Source: Candidatus Woesearchaeota archaeon (GTDB lineage: Archaea; Nanobdellota; Nanobdellia; Woesearchaeales; UBA525). From it: a stretch of 64,000 nt of DNA. A model generated the notes under the pieces. It was given only the letters and a program-made list of their open reading frames with translations. It ran no database searches and had not been told where the DNA came from. Both the position numbers and the translations under genes were made by a program. Each line of letters starts with the position of its first letter. Position 1 is the stretch's first letter. The stretch spans positions 400 to 64,399 of the forward strand of contig DAHXMN010000001.1 of assembly GCA_027371725.1 (NCBI GenBank), read 5' to 3'. This document shows positions 27,746 through 36,072 of the stretch, in pieces.

Positions 27746-29831
27746 GCGACCACTCCGCACCACCATCTACCTCGAAGCAACCCAACAAGCAGAAGAATAC
27801 CTCACTCACCAGACAATCCCGTTTCGTCGTGTCCGGCGACAGAACTATCGCAGGGAATGGCAGGACGTCTTCGAGATTGTCGTCCCTCATCTGGCCATGT
27901 TCGAGCGCTTCGTCCGATGGATCGAAGAAGGTACGAAGCACCAGGTCGCCCTCTACAACGCAGACATCACCCCGGAACAACGCTTCCTTTACGAGCACGG
28001 CCTCAGCGCCGGAACAACCGTCCTCCTCGACGGCGAGGAGTTCCACGTTCTTGACTCCAACGAAGCGGCCCCTTTCACCGTCGCACGGCTCACCGTCAGA
28101 ACTGACAAGCCCGTGGCGGCGGCAGAAGATACGCCGATACGCGGAATAGAACTAAACGAGACCCGGTTCGACGGGGAAGAACACTCGGTTCTTGAACGGT
28201 TCGCGGCGGCGTTTGTTCGTCTTGATCCGGACATCATCATCCTCGAACACGGCTACGCAGTCCTACCACACCTTGTTCGCCGCCTAGCAGCCCACAAGCT
28301 CTCAGTCGCGTTTCACCGTTGGGACGACACGCCAATCACTTACAAGGGTGGCAGGACGTTCTTCACCTACGGCAGGGTCCGTTACCAAGACTACGCCCTC
28401 GTCCTCCACGGACGGTTCCTCATTGACACGATGACGACCGTGGGAAGCACGTGCTCGCCGGATGGCATCCTCGAACTCTGCCAGCTCAGCGGGGTCCGGT
28501 TTCCGCAGGTCTGCGCCCGGAGCTTCGGAGCAGCCTTCCAAGGCGCACTCGTCAAGCAACTCCTTGCCCACCACTTCCTCGTTCCGTTCAAAGAGAAGCC
28601 CATCGACGAGCCCTTGAGCTTCATCGACCTTGTCAAAGGCGATCGAGCAGGCCAGTACCTTGATCCGGTCCTTGGCTTCCATCAGAACGTGGCAGAAATC
28701 GATTTCTCCTCGATGTATCCGTGGCTCATGTTCAACTACAACATCAGCGCTGAAGCCCTCCAATCAAAAGAAGAACCCCTCGTCGATGTACCAGGGCTTC
28801 CGCTCACGGTCTCGCACCGGCATAAAGGACTCGTCCCGCTGGCGATTAAGCCGTTCTTGGAGCGGCGTATGGCGTACAAGCGCACCCCAACCCCTGTTCA
28901 CAAGGAGCGTGCAGCTGCGCTGAAATGGGTCCTCGTGAGCAGCAACGGCTACCTGCGTTTCCGCGAGTTCAAGCTCGGCCTCCACACGAGCCATATGGCG
29001 CTCTGCGCCTACGCCCGCGAAACACTCCTCGCCTCGATGCGGCTCGCCGAAGAACAAGGATTCCGAGTCCTGCACGGCATCGTCGACAGCCTCTACCTCA
29101 CCAAACCAGGCATGACTGAGGAAGACGTCCGACGCTTCGCCAAAGACCTCGAAATCCTGACGGGCATCCCGGTCAGCATGGACGGCATCTTCAAATGGGT
29201 CGTCTTCCTCCCCAGCATCAACGACGACGACCGGGCACTCCCGGCACGGTACTACGGCGTCTTCACGGATGGCGAGATCAAAGCGCGTGGCCTTGAAGTC
29301 CGACAACTCAGCAGCGCACGCGTCGTCCAAGAATTCCAACACGAAATCCTCCAAGCCTTGAGCACCTGCTCCACCGCCGAGGAGATCAGAGAGGCGGCGC
29401 CCTTGCTCTGTCGGTTGCTTCGGCGGTTGCTCGGACGACTCGACCACGTCCCCCCGGAGTGGCTGACAATAAAGGTCTGTCTGAGCAAGACCGAGTACAA
29501 GCACAACGTCCCGCAAAAAGCCGTCGTCGAAGCCTACGCGAAACGAGGAATCCCTATCCAGCCTGGCCAATTCGTTCGCTACCTCTACCAAGAATCAGGT
29601 CCAGTCATCCCCGAGGACTACACCGGACCACCCGACGCAGACCGCTACGAAGCCCTATTGACCCGCGCCCTCTTCATCGTCCTCCAGCCCTTCGGTTTCA
29701 GCCGCGAATGGATTAGGGACCACACCCAACAAAGCCGACAGACGAGAGTCCCCGAATATGGAGAGATATTCGATAATACATTAAAGCTGCACGACCTTCC
29801 TGGTGCCTCATGTGCGGACGCTTCACCCTGA
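27660..29831 (+). CDS. polB2: Family B DNA polymerase, PolB2-type
   Basis: IDFSSMYP, ALKWVLVSSNGY, motif C HGIVDS instead of YGDTDS, IKARGLE; degenerate exonuclease motifs. Confidence 0.9.
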   Translation: MKAWFMDAYRHQSNLILWFKTPDENIRLERPLRTTIYLEATQQAEEYLTHQTIPFRRVRRQNYRREWQDVFEIVVPHLAMFERFVRWIEEGTKHQVALYNADITPEQRFLYEHGLSAGTTVLLDGEEFHVLDSNEAAPFTVARLTVRTDKPVAAAEDTPIRGIELNETRFDGEEHSVLERFAAAFVRLDPDIIILEHGYAVLPHLVRRLAAHKLSVAFHRWDDTPITYKGGRTFFTYGRVRYQDYALVLHGRFLIDTMTTVGSTCSPDGILELCQLSGVRFPQVCARSFGAAFQGALVKQLLAHHFLVPFKEKPIDEPLSFIDLVKGDRAGQYLDPVLGFHQNVAEIDFSSMYPWLMFNYNISAEALQSKEEPLVDVPGLPLTVSHRHKGLVPLAIKPFLERRMAYKRTPTPVHKERAAALKWVLVSSNGYLRFREFKLGLHTSHMALCAYARETLLASMRLAEEQGFRVLHGIVDSLYLTKPGMTEEDVRRFAKDLEILTGIPVSMDGIFKWVVFLPSINDDDRALPARYYGVFTDGEIKARGLEVRQLSSARVVQEFQHEILQALSTCSTAEEIREAAPLLCRLLRRLLGRLDHVPPEWLTIKVCLSKTEYKHNVPQKAVVEAYAKRGIPIQPGQFVRYLYQESGPVIPEDYTGPPDADRYEALLTRALFIVLQPFGFSREWIRDHTQQSRQTRVPEYGEIFDNTLKLHDLPGASCADASP

Positions 29832-30469
29832 TAACGCCGATGAACGAGCTCGTCCAACGCTTCCGAGTAGAAGCACCCAGCAAAGAATGGAAAGCACGGT
29901 ACAACGCGGCACCCACGCAGGAACTCCTCATCATCCCCCAGGATTACCCTGAGAAGATCGTGGCGGCGCGATGGGGCCTCGTTCCGCATTGGGCGAAGGA
30001 CACGAGCATCGGCTACAAAATGATCAACGCCAAAGCAGAAACCCTCGCAGAAAAACCCTCCTACAAGCCCCTCCTCGGACAAAAACGGTGCCTCGTCCTC
30101 GCCGACGGGTTCTACGAATGGAAACACGTCGGCAAGACAAAAACCCCCTTCAGAATCACCAAGCCCGACGGCAAGGCATTCGCCTTTGCCGGTCTCTACG
30201 ACGACTGGAAGCACGACGGCGAAACCCTCCGCAGCTTCACCATCATCACCACCGAACCAAACCCAATCATGAAGCCGATTCACGACCGCATGCCAGCAAT
30301 CCTCCCCGCAGAAAAGGAGCAAGAATGGCTCACAGGCGAGTCAGCCTCCGCCCTCAAACTCCTCAAGCCATTTGCAGGCAAACTCGCCCTACAGCAAGTC
30401 TCGGAGAAAGTCAACATTCCCGCAAATGACGACCCATCCGTCCTCAAAGGACCGCAACTACTCCGATAG
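29810..30469 (+). CDS. SRAP (HMCES/YedK) abasic-site protection protein
   Basis: MCGRF N-terminus, RYNAAPT, GFYEW and IHDRMP motifs. Confidence 0.96.
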   Translation: MCGRFTLITPMNELVQRFRVEAPSKEWKARYNAAPTQELLIIPQDYPEKIVAARWGLVPHWAKDTSIGYKMINAKAETLAEKPSYKPLLGQKRCLVLADGFYEWKHVGKTKTPFRITKPDGKAFAFAGLYDDWKHDGETLRSFTIITTEPNPIMKPIHDRMPAILPAEKEQEWLTGESASALKLLKPFAGKLALQQVSEKVNIPANDDPSVLKGPQLLR

Positions 30470-30623
30470 ATAGTCATTCTCCGAGGCAAGCTAACAAACA
30501 ATCGCAGACATTCTCATGGCATGAACGAGAATTTTATAAACCGCATCACACCCATTCACACTAGCACGCTGGAGGACTGGTGGAGTCCTCTCGATACCGG
30601 GAACGGCTCACCGCCGGGCGGGG
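30470..30623 (+). repeat. Conserved right arm, homologous to 35900-36053
   Basis: Shared blocks CATTCTCCGAG.CAAGCTAA, GCATGAACGAGAATTTTATAAA, ATCACACCCATTCA, GAGTCCTCTCGATAC and GAACGGCTCA.CGCCGGGCGGGG. Confidence 0.9.
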
Positions 30624-30759
30624 CTATTATCACTTTTGATGATTTCAAGGGGCTCTCTAAGATTTTCAGCCTGGATTCGATCAGAATAATCACTTCTTGG
30701 ATGGTCTGACAGCCATATTTGCGCAGAAGACGCTCTTTTTCCTGTTCGAGGAGATCCAT
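30556..30759 (-). CDS. Homolog of the att-adjacent small protein; reads through the att junction
   Basis: MDLLEQEKERLLRKYGCQTIQEVIILIESRL aligns with 8728-8904. An upstream ATG at 30822 is possible. Confidence 0.6.
   Translation of the reverse strand: MDLLEQEKERLLRKYGCQTIQEVIILIESRLKILESPLKSSKVIIAPPGGEPFPVSRGLHQSSSVLV
30614..30630 (+). repeat. attR of element 1 / junction with element 2
   Basis: 17/17 identity to the tRNA-Gln(CTG) 3' end and flank. Confidence 0.92.
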
Positions 30760-30874
30760 GCACTCGAAAGCCAACGTCCCGAGCCGGTTGTAGCCGTACC
30801 TCTCGAAGACGTGCTTGGGCATCGTGATTAAATTTATATAGGCCGTTAGATTTTATGTTCTTGGGGGGATGTTC

Positions 30875-33019
30875 ATGAAAGGTGCTGTCGTATCCATTGC
30901 GTTCTGTATCGCGATCGCATTGCTTCTGTTCGCGGATTCCGCGGCGGCGCTGAATACAGTGCCGATGCGGACGGTCACGGTTCTCCCGTCGACAATGCCT
31001 ATCCTGACGCTCAACACGACCAACACGAGCATCGCTCCGCGGCCGGTCTTCTTCGCGGCGACCACGACCCTGAGCCCGGCGGCCATCACCGCGGCGCTCG
31101 AGGCGCTCAAGACCGGACCGATGGTCTACGTCGCCGGCCGGCCGGCGCAGGTGATTGACTCCTCGGCACGCGAGGCCGTCGCCACCATACGTTCGGACGA
31201 GCCGGACAGCAGCATCCCGGCCATAGGGGTCTCGCCGGACGGGCAGTATGTCTACATCGCGATCGCCTGGTCGGTGACCGCGCAGGATTCGCTCGGCCCG
31301 TACAACGAGGCGCATTGCGCGGTCGTGCGCCTCAATGCCAGCACGCAGGTGCCGATCGACCATTTCTCCTTTGACTGGATCCGGCCGGAGCACATGGCGG
31401 TCGCGCCGGACGGCAAGGTCTATCTCGGCTACCAGGAAGCGAGATATCCTGACCATGCGGGCGTGGAGATCCTCGACTTCTCGCAGAAGAAGAGATGGTA
31501 TCTCACGTACGAGCAGGCCATGATCATGAACGTCTTCGCATTCTCGCCGGACGGCGGCCACGTCTACTACGCGGGCTGGTGGAGCTCTCCTGGGATCTAC
31601 GACCTCGATTGGAGCGTGAACAATGTCCACTACTACCCCCTGCCGGGGGACGACAGCGTCTCGGCAAGCTACACGAGATCCATCGCGGTCGGCGCCGGCG
31701 GCAGGATGGTCTACGCCGTCGTGAACCGGAACAAGGGCATCTTCGCGATGAACACGGAGGACAAGAACAAGCAGGTGATTCCGACGGACTACGTCCCGGT
31801 CACGCTCGCGACGTCTCCCGACAGGAGCACGCTCTACGTCATCGGCTATTTCTACAACCAGGACAACCAGCCGGTCTACGTCATGCACAAGTACACCGGC
31901 TTGAAGGCGGTCGGCCCGTTCTACACGAGCCAGCTCGACTACTCGGTCACGGACAAAGCGATGTTCTACACGACCGATGCCATGGACTACCTCACACCGA
32001 GCGAAGGCTATCCATCGTACATGGCCGTGACCGCTGACGGGAAATACGCCTACATCACGCTCGGGAAGGGCGACGGCGTCAGCGACGGGCACGGCAGCTC
32101 GGTCATGGTGTACGACCTCGAGTACCTGCATCAGGTCTCGGAGATCCCGGTCAAGAACGCGTACATGGACGTCGCCGCCTCGCCCGCGAAGATCCTCTTC
32201 ACGCCCGAGAACGAGCTTCAGCCCGACACGAACACCCCTGCGCCGGACGACCCTCACGCGTTCCTCGTCAAGAAGACCTACCCGGCGAACGGCTCCTACG
32301 CGAGCCTCTATCAAAAGGACTTCTTCAACGTCAACGCCATCTTCACGGCCAAGCTCGACAACATGACGGTGAGCAACGCCACGTTCACGGTTGCTGAGAA
32401 GTCCGGAACGCCGGTCGCCGGCAAGGTGAGCTCGGCGCAGAACATCGTCATCTTCATGCCGACGAGCCAGCTCAAGCCGAACACGGATTACGTCGCCACT
32501 ATCACCACAGGACTCAAGTCCGTCGACGGGTACGCGCTCGCCGCGCCGCTCCATTGGACGTTCACCACGAGGGCCGGCCTCATCGGGTTCACGAACCTTT
32601 CTATCGCGACGTCGAACGTGACGCTGATCCGGCCGTCACAGCCCAGGACCTTCCCCATCATCTTCCCGAACCAGACGAACGACCAATTAGACCCGTCGAA
32701 CCAACCCAACCAGACCATCCCTCAAACGAGTAATCCGATCGTCCCGCAGCAGCGGCAAGGAACCCTGCATGGCGGGGTCGATGGCGGCTCACAGACCGAC
32801 AGCGGCACGCCGAGCAACGCGCGAAACACCTCGCCATCGAAGAACGTCACGGCGTCGGCGAACCGGATCCCTCCCGCCGGAGGGGAGACAGTCCCCGCCA
32901 CGCTCAACGAGCGGCAGGACATCAACCGCATTAATCCGCAGCCCGAACCCCCGAACGCGAGCCCCGGTTTCCTCGGTCGTATCGCAGCCCTCTTACGGTC
33001 GCTTTTCGGGATGAAATGA
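30875..33019 (+). CDS. Secreted YncE-like beta-propeller with a Big_5 Ig-like domain and low-complexity tail
   Basis: Signal peptide, repeated SPDG..YV blades, LKPNTDYVATITTG...WTFTT, INPQPEPP. Confidence 0.85.
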   Translation: MKGAVVSIAFCIAIALLLFADSAAALNTVPMRTVTVLPSTMPILTLNTTNTSIAPRPVFFAATTTLSPAAITAALEALKTGPMVYVAGRPAQVIDSSAREAVATIRSDEPDSSIPAIGVSPDGQYVYIAIAWSVTAQDSLGPYNEAHCAVVRLNASTQVPIDHFSFDWIRPEHMAVAPDGKVYLGYQEARYPDHAGVEILDFSQKKRWYLTYEQAMIMNVFAFSPDGGHVYYAGWWSSPGIYDLDWSVNNVHYYPLPGDDSVSASYTRSIAVGAGGRMVYAVVNRNKGIFAMNTEDKNKQVIPTDYVPVTLATSPDRSTLYVIGYFYNQDNQPVYVMHKYTGLKAVGPFYTSQLDYSVTDKAMFYTTDAMDYLTPSEGYPSYMAVTADGKYAYITLGKGDGVSDGHGSSVMVYDLEYLHQVSEIPVKNAYMDVAASPAKILFTPENELQPDTNTPAPDDPHAFLVKKTYPANGSYASLYQKDFFNVNAIFTAKLDNMTVSNATFTVAEKSGTPVAGKVSSAQNIVIFMPTSQLKPNTDYVATITTGLKSVDGYALAAPLHWTFTTRAGLIGFTNLSIATSNVTLIRPSQPRTFPIIFPNQTNDQLDPSNQPNQTIPQTSNPIVPQQRQGTLHGGVDGGSQTDSGTPSNARNTSPSKNVTASANRIPPAGGETVPATLNERQDINRINPQPEPPNASPGFLGRIAALLRSLFGMK

Positions 33020-33049
33020 GCGAGATCATTTCGGTGCATAAGGATGTTG

Positions 33050-33156
33050 TTGGGGATGCTGTATGGCTGGTCGGTCACGACGAGATCGACGCCGCTATTG
33101 GACAACTCCTTGAGATACTCTAGGCAATCCCTACAGGCGATGGTGTTCAGTTCCAT
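33050..33156 (-). pseudogene. Truncated copy of the backbone DNA methyltransferase
   Basis: MELNTIACRDCLEYLKELSNSGVDLVVTDQPY matches the start of 25806-26540; DPPY is changed to DQPY and homology then stops. Confidence 0.85.
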
Positions 33157-33221
33157 GCCCTGCAACGGGTTGCACTTTCAGAAATCCGGGACTCGGAAAA
33201 TGTACATCAAAAAAAGAAGTT

Positions 33222-33353
33222 TTAGTCACGACCCTCATTAGCACCATCCTCGAACCCGTCCTGGTAGAGCTTGTTCAGGACGGTGTCAAGCTCCTCCTTC
33301 GTCTTGGCCGTCTTGACTGCTTTCCGATATCCCTCAAGGTATTTATCAGCCAT
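33222..33353 (-). CDS. 43-aa backbone protein, copy 2
   Basis: MADKYLEGYRKAVKTAK..., homolog of 26605-26736. Confidence 0.8.
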   Translation of the reverse strand: MADKYLEGYRKAVKTAKTKEELDTVLNKLYQDGFEDGANEGRD

Positions 33354-33366
33354 GGCGTTCACCCCC

Positions 33367-33495
33367 TTATTCTCGCAGCAGATCGTCGAAATCGACGTAG
33401 TCATGCGGATTCTCCACGTTCCGGAACTGGCGCAGCCGATCATCCCGGAAAAACCACTTTCCCTTCATCTCCACTATCGGTAGTTGGGTCACCAT
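33367..33495 (-). CDS. 42-aa backbone protein, copy 2
   Basis: Homolog of 26749-26877. Confidence 0.8.
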   Translation of the reverse strand: MVTQLPIVEMKGKWFFRDDRLRQFRNVENPHDYVDFDDLLRE

Positions 33496-33591
33496 AGGTT
33501 ATCGCCTCCTGAGAAAGAACAAGGACGCGGGAGAGCATTAGTGTTGCTCGGAGATTGTATGACGAAGGGTGTTTTAGGCGAAAAATTGATA

Positions 33592-33613
33592 AATATTAGC
33601 GTATTCTAATATT
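33592..33613. promoter_or_regulatory. ArsR-type operator palindrome
   Basis: AATATTAG-N6-CTAATATT between the TATA region and the arsR ATG. Confidence 0.75.
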
Positions 33614-33616
33614 CTT

Positions 33617-33913
33617 ATGGATGAGATGTATCAGCGTCATGCCGAGCTGTGCAAGGTGTTCGCCAGCCCCACCCGACTGGAGATCGTGGATCTCTTGCGA
33701 AGCAAAGAACTCTCCGTCACGGCGCTTGTGGAAAAGACCAAGATGGGTCAGGCCAACATCTCACAGCATCTTGCGATTATGAAGTACAAAGGGATTGTGA
33801 CCTCGCGTCGGAGCGGGACGAACGTCTACTATGCGCTCGCAGATTCCCGGATTGTGGCGGCGTTCGACATCATCTGCGAGGTGCTCGCGAAGAAGCGAAT
33901 GATCGGAGCGTGA
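33617..33913 (+). CDS. ArsR/SmtB family regulator
   Basis: ASPTRLEIV, NISQHL and VYY motifs; two Cys (BigR/SqrR-like). Confidence 0.92.
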   Translation: MDEMYQRHAELCKVFASPTRLEIVDLLRSKELSVTALVEKTKMGQANISQHLAIMKYKGIVTSRRSGTNVYYALADSRIVAAFDIICEVLAKKRMIGA

Positions 33914-33918
33914 ACAGC

Positions 33919-34206
33919 ATGGAGAAAGACCAACAAATCCTCGTGTGGGTGCTCATCGGCGTCGTGGCGCTCCTCCTGCTCGGCAGCGGGACGATGATGG
34001 GCGGGTATGGCATGATGGGCTACGGCATGGGCATCGGATTCCTCTTCATGCTCCTTTTCATCGGCGTCGTCATCTGGCTCATCGTCACCCTCGTCAATGC
34101 CGCTAAGAAGGATGAGACGACCCCCTTGACTGTGCTCAAGAAGCGGTACGCCGCAGGAGAGATCTCCAAGAAGCAGTATGCGACGATGAAAAAAGAGTTG
34201 GAGTGA
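33919..34206 (+). CDS. Met/Gly-rich membrane protein with a SHOCT domain
   Basis: MMGGYGMMG and LKKRYAAGEISKKQY. Confidence 0.88.
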   Translation: MEKDQQILVWVLIGVVALLLLGSGTMMGGYGMMGYGMGIGFLFMLLFIGVVIWLIVTLVNAAKKDETTPLTVLKKRYAAGEISKKQYATMKKELE

Positions 34207-34218
34207 ACGGTGCGACTG

Positions 34219-34608
34219 ATGAACCCTGACGAGTTCTCCTACGCGGTCGAGACAGAGAAGAGTTTCGATGACGCCGTGATCGCGGTGCTCAGATCGGTGG
34301 AACAGCGAGGATGGGCCCTCTTCCAAGTCTACGATATCAAAGAGCGCATGGCGGCCAAAGGATTCACGCACCCGCCACTGAAAATTATTGAGCTCTGCGC
34401 GGCCAAGCACGCGAACCAGCTTCTCAAACAGAACAGGCTCGTATCCCTGTGCATGCCCTGCAAGATCAACGTGCTCCAGGACGGCGCGACGGTACGCATC
34501 GTCACCCTGAAACCCGCCATGATGACGCAGATTTTCCCCGGCATCAGCTTGGAGGACGCGAAGAACATCGAGAAAGACGTTATCGAGATCGTCAACGGGG
34601 CAAGGTGA
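34219..34608 (+). CDS. DUF302 domain protein
   Basis: IIELC and CMPCKINV motifs. Confidence 0.85.
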   Translation: MNPDEFSYAVETEKSFDDAVIAVLRSVEQRGWALFQVYDIKERMAAKGFTHPPLKIIELCAAKHANQLLKQNRLVSLCMPCKINVLQDGATVRIVTLKPAMMTQIFPGISLEDAKNIEKDVIEIVNGAR

Positions 34609-34612
34609 ACTC

Positions 34613-34936
34613 ATGAACATCGGTATCATCCTCAACACGAACGACGCGGAAACCTGCTGGAACTGCTTCCGATTCGCCAACGAAGCCCGTGCACGCCACG
34701 ACGTGAAGGTCTTCCTCCTCGGCAAAGGGGTAGAGCTCGACAACGTCCAGGACGCGAAGTTCCCCCTCCTCCAAGCCATGATCAAGAAGTTCACGACGAA
34801 CAACGGGACGATTCTCGCCTGTGGCACCTGCCTCAAACTGCGCGACAAGCCCGGAAGCGAGATATGTCCCGTCTCAACGATGGCCGAACTCCTCCGGCTC
34901 GTCGAGGAATCAGAGCGAATCATCACTTTCGGTTAG
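34613..34936 (+). CDS. DsrE family sulfur-relay protein
   Basis: VFLLGKGVE, ACGTC and STMAEL...IITF. Confidence 0.88.
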   Translation: MNIGIILNTNDAETCWNCFRFANEARARHDVKVFLLGKGVELDNVQDAKFPLLQAMIKKFTTNNGTILACGTCLKLRDKPGSEICPVSTMAELLRLVEESERIITFG

Positions 34937-34996
34937 ATTGGTCCTTCTAGCAAACATTCGTGAATCTTTATAAGCGGTTGTTGCCGTCATCGGTGC

Positions 34997-35887
34997 ATGT
35001 CCCACCATTGGGGGTATGTCTACGCGCTTGGAGCGGCGTTGCTCTTTGGCGTGAGCGCGACGCTTAACAAGCTCGTGCTTGCAACGGTGCACCCGCTCAT
35101 CGTCTCCGCAATCATCTACGGTTGCGCAGGACTTGTGCTTGGCGCGGTGCGGTTCTCCCCACTCTATCCTCTCGTCGCGTCGTCGCTGCACCTGAGACAT
35201 GAGTCTGTGCGGCTTACGAGGCGTGATTGGGTGCTCATCGTCCTGATCGCCATATTTGGTGCGGTGCTCGGACCGCTCTTATTCCTCTCTGGCTTGCAGG
35301 TTGCCTCAGCTTCGAGCGCGTCCTTGCTGCTTAACGCCGAGGTTCTCTTCACCGCCTTGCTCGCGATGCTTTTCTTGCGTGAGCGTGCGCGTCCGCGTGA
35401 GTACGTCGCGCTCGTCCTGCTCTTTCTCGGTGCGGTCGTCGTCACGACGAACCTTCAGTTCGGCGGTGCGAGCATGGCGGGAAGCTTGCTCATCGTCGCT
35501 GGCACGTTCTGCTGGGCGGTCGACAACACGCTGAGCAAGAAACTGAGCATTGAGAGCGATGTGATGAAGGTCGCGGCACTCAAAGGCCTCATCGGCAGCG
35601 CCATCCTGCTCGTCCTCGCGTTCTTCCTCGGCCTCCCGCTCACGATTCCGCCGCTCGCGATCCCGTATCTGCTCTTCGTCGGCTGCTTGAGCATCGGCGC
35701 GTCCTTGCTCCTGTTCCTGTCGGCGATGCGCATCATCGGTTCGATGCGCACCGTCGCGATCTTCGCGACTTCTTCGCTTTTCGGCGTCCTCGCCGCGTTT
35801 TTCCTCCTTCACGAGACGGTCTCGTTCGTGCAACTCGGAGCGGGAGCCGTGATGATCTACGCCGTTTACTTGCTAGCCAATAAATGA
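34997..35887 (+). CDS. EamA/DMT family transporter
   Basis: Two EamA repeats, 10 TM helices, WAVDNTLS. Confidence 0.9.
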   Translation: MSHHWGYVYALGAALLFGVSATLNKLVLATVHPLIVSAIIYGCAGLVLGAVRFSPLYPLVASSLHLRHESVRLTRRDWVLIVLIAIFGAVLGPLLFLSGLQVASASSASLLLNAEVLFTALLAMLFLRERARPREYVALVLLFLGAVVVTTNLQFGGASMAGSLLIVAGTFCWAVDNTLSKKLSIESDVMKVAALKGLIGSAILLVLAFFLGLPLTIPPLAIPYLLFVGCLSIGASLLLFLSAMRIIGSMRTVAIFATSSLFGVLAAFFLLHETVSFVQLGAGAVMIYAVYLLANK

Positions 35888-36072
35888 CGGACGCTTTGTA
35901 AAACATTCTCCGAGACAAGCTAATGCGCTCTCGAGGACTTTCGAATAGCATGAACGAGAATTTTATAAATGGTATCACACCCATTCATACCGGCGCCGCA
36001 GGAGGAATCGTAGAGTCCTCTCGATACTCAGAACGGCTCAGCGCCGGGCGGGGTCATTCTTAGTGAGCGTTT

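Larger units (their letters stand above)
8715..30630. mobile_element. Integrative (conjugative) element 1, ~21.9 kb, in tRNA-Gln(CTG)
   Basis: Perfect 17-bp direct repeat CCGGGCGGGGCTATTAT at both ends. Integrase near the left end; T4SS genes and defence/mutagenesis cargo inside. Confidence 0.92.
30614..36058. mobile_element. Tandem integrase-less element 2, ~5.4 kb
   Basis: Same att-adjacent small gene, same backbone mini-operon and same right arm. Ends in CCGGGCGGGGTCATT, a 13/15 match to the att core. Confidence 0.82.

Noticed and set aside
30400..30415. CTCGGAGAAAGTC inside SRAP as another motif copy
   Set aside because: Lacks the YGTAT half, lies within a CDS, and has no convincing gene start nearby.
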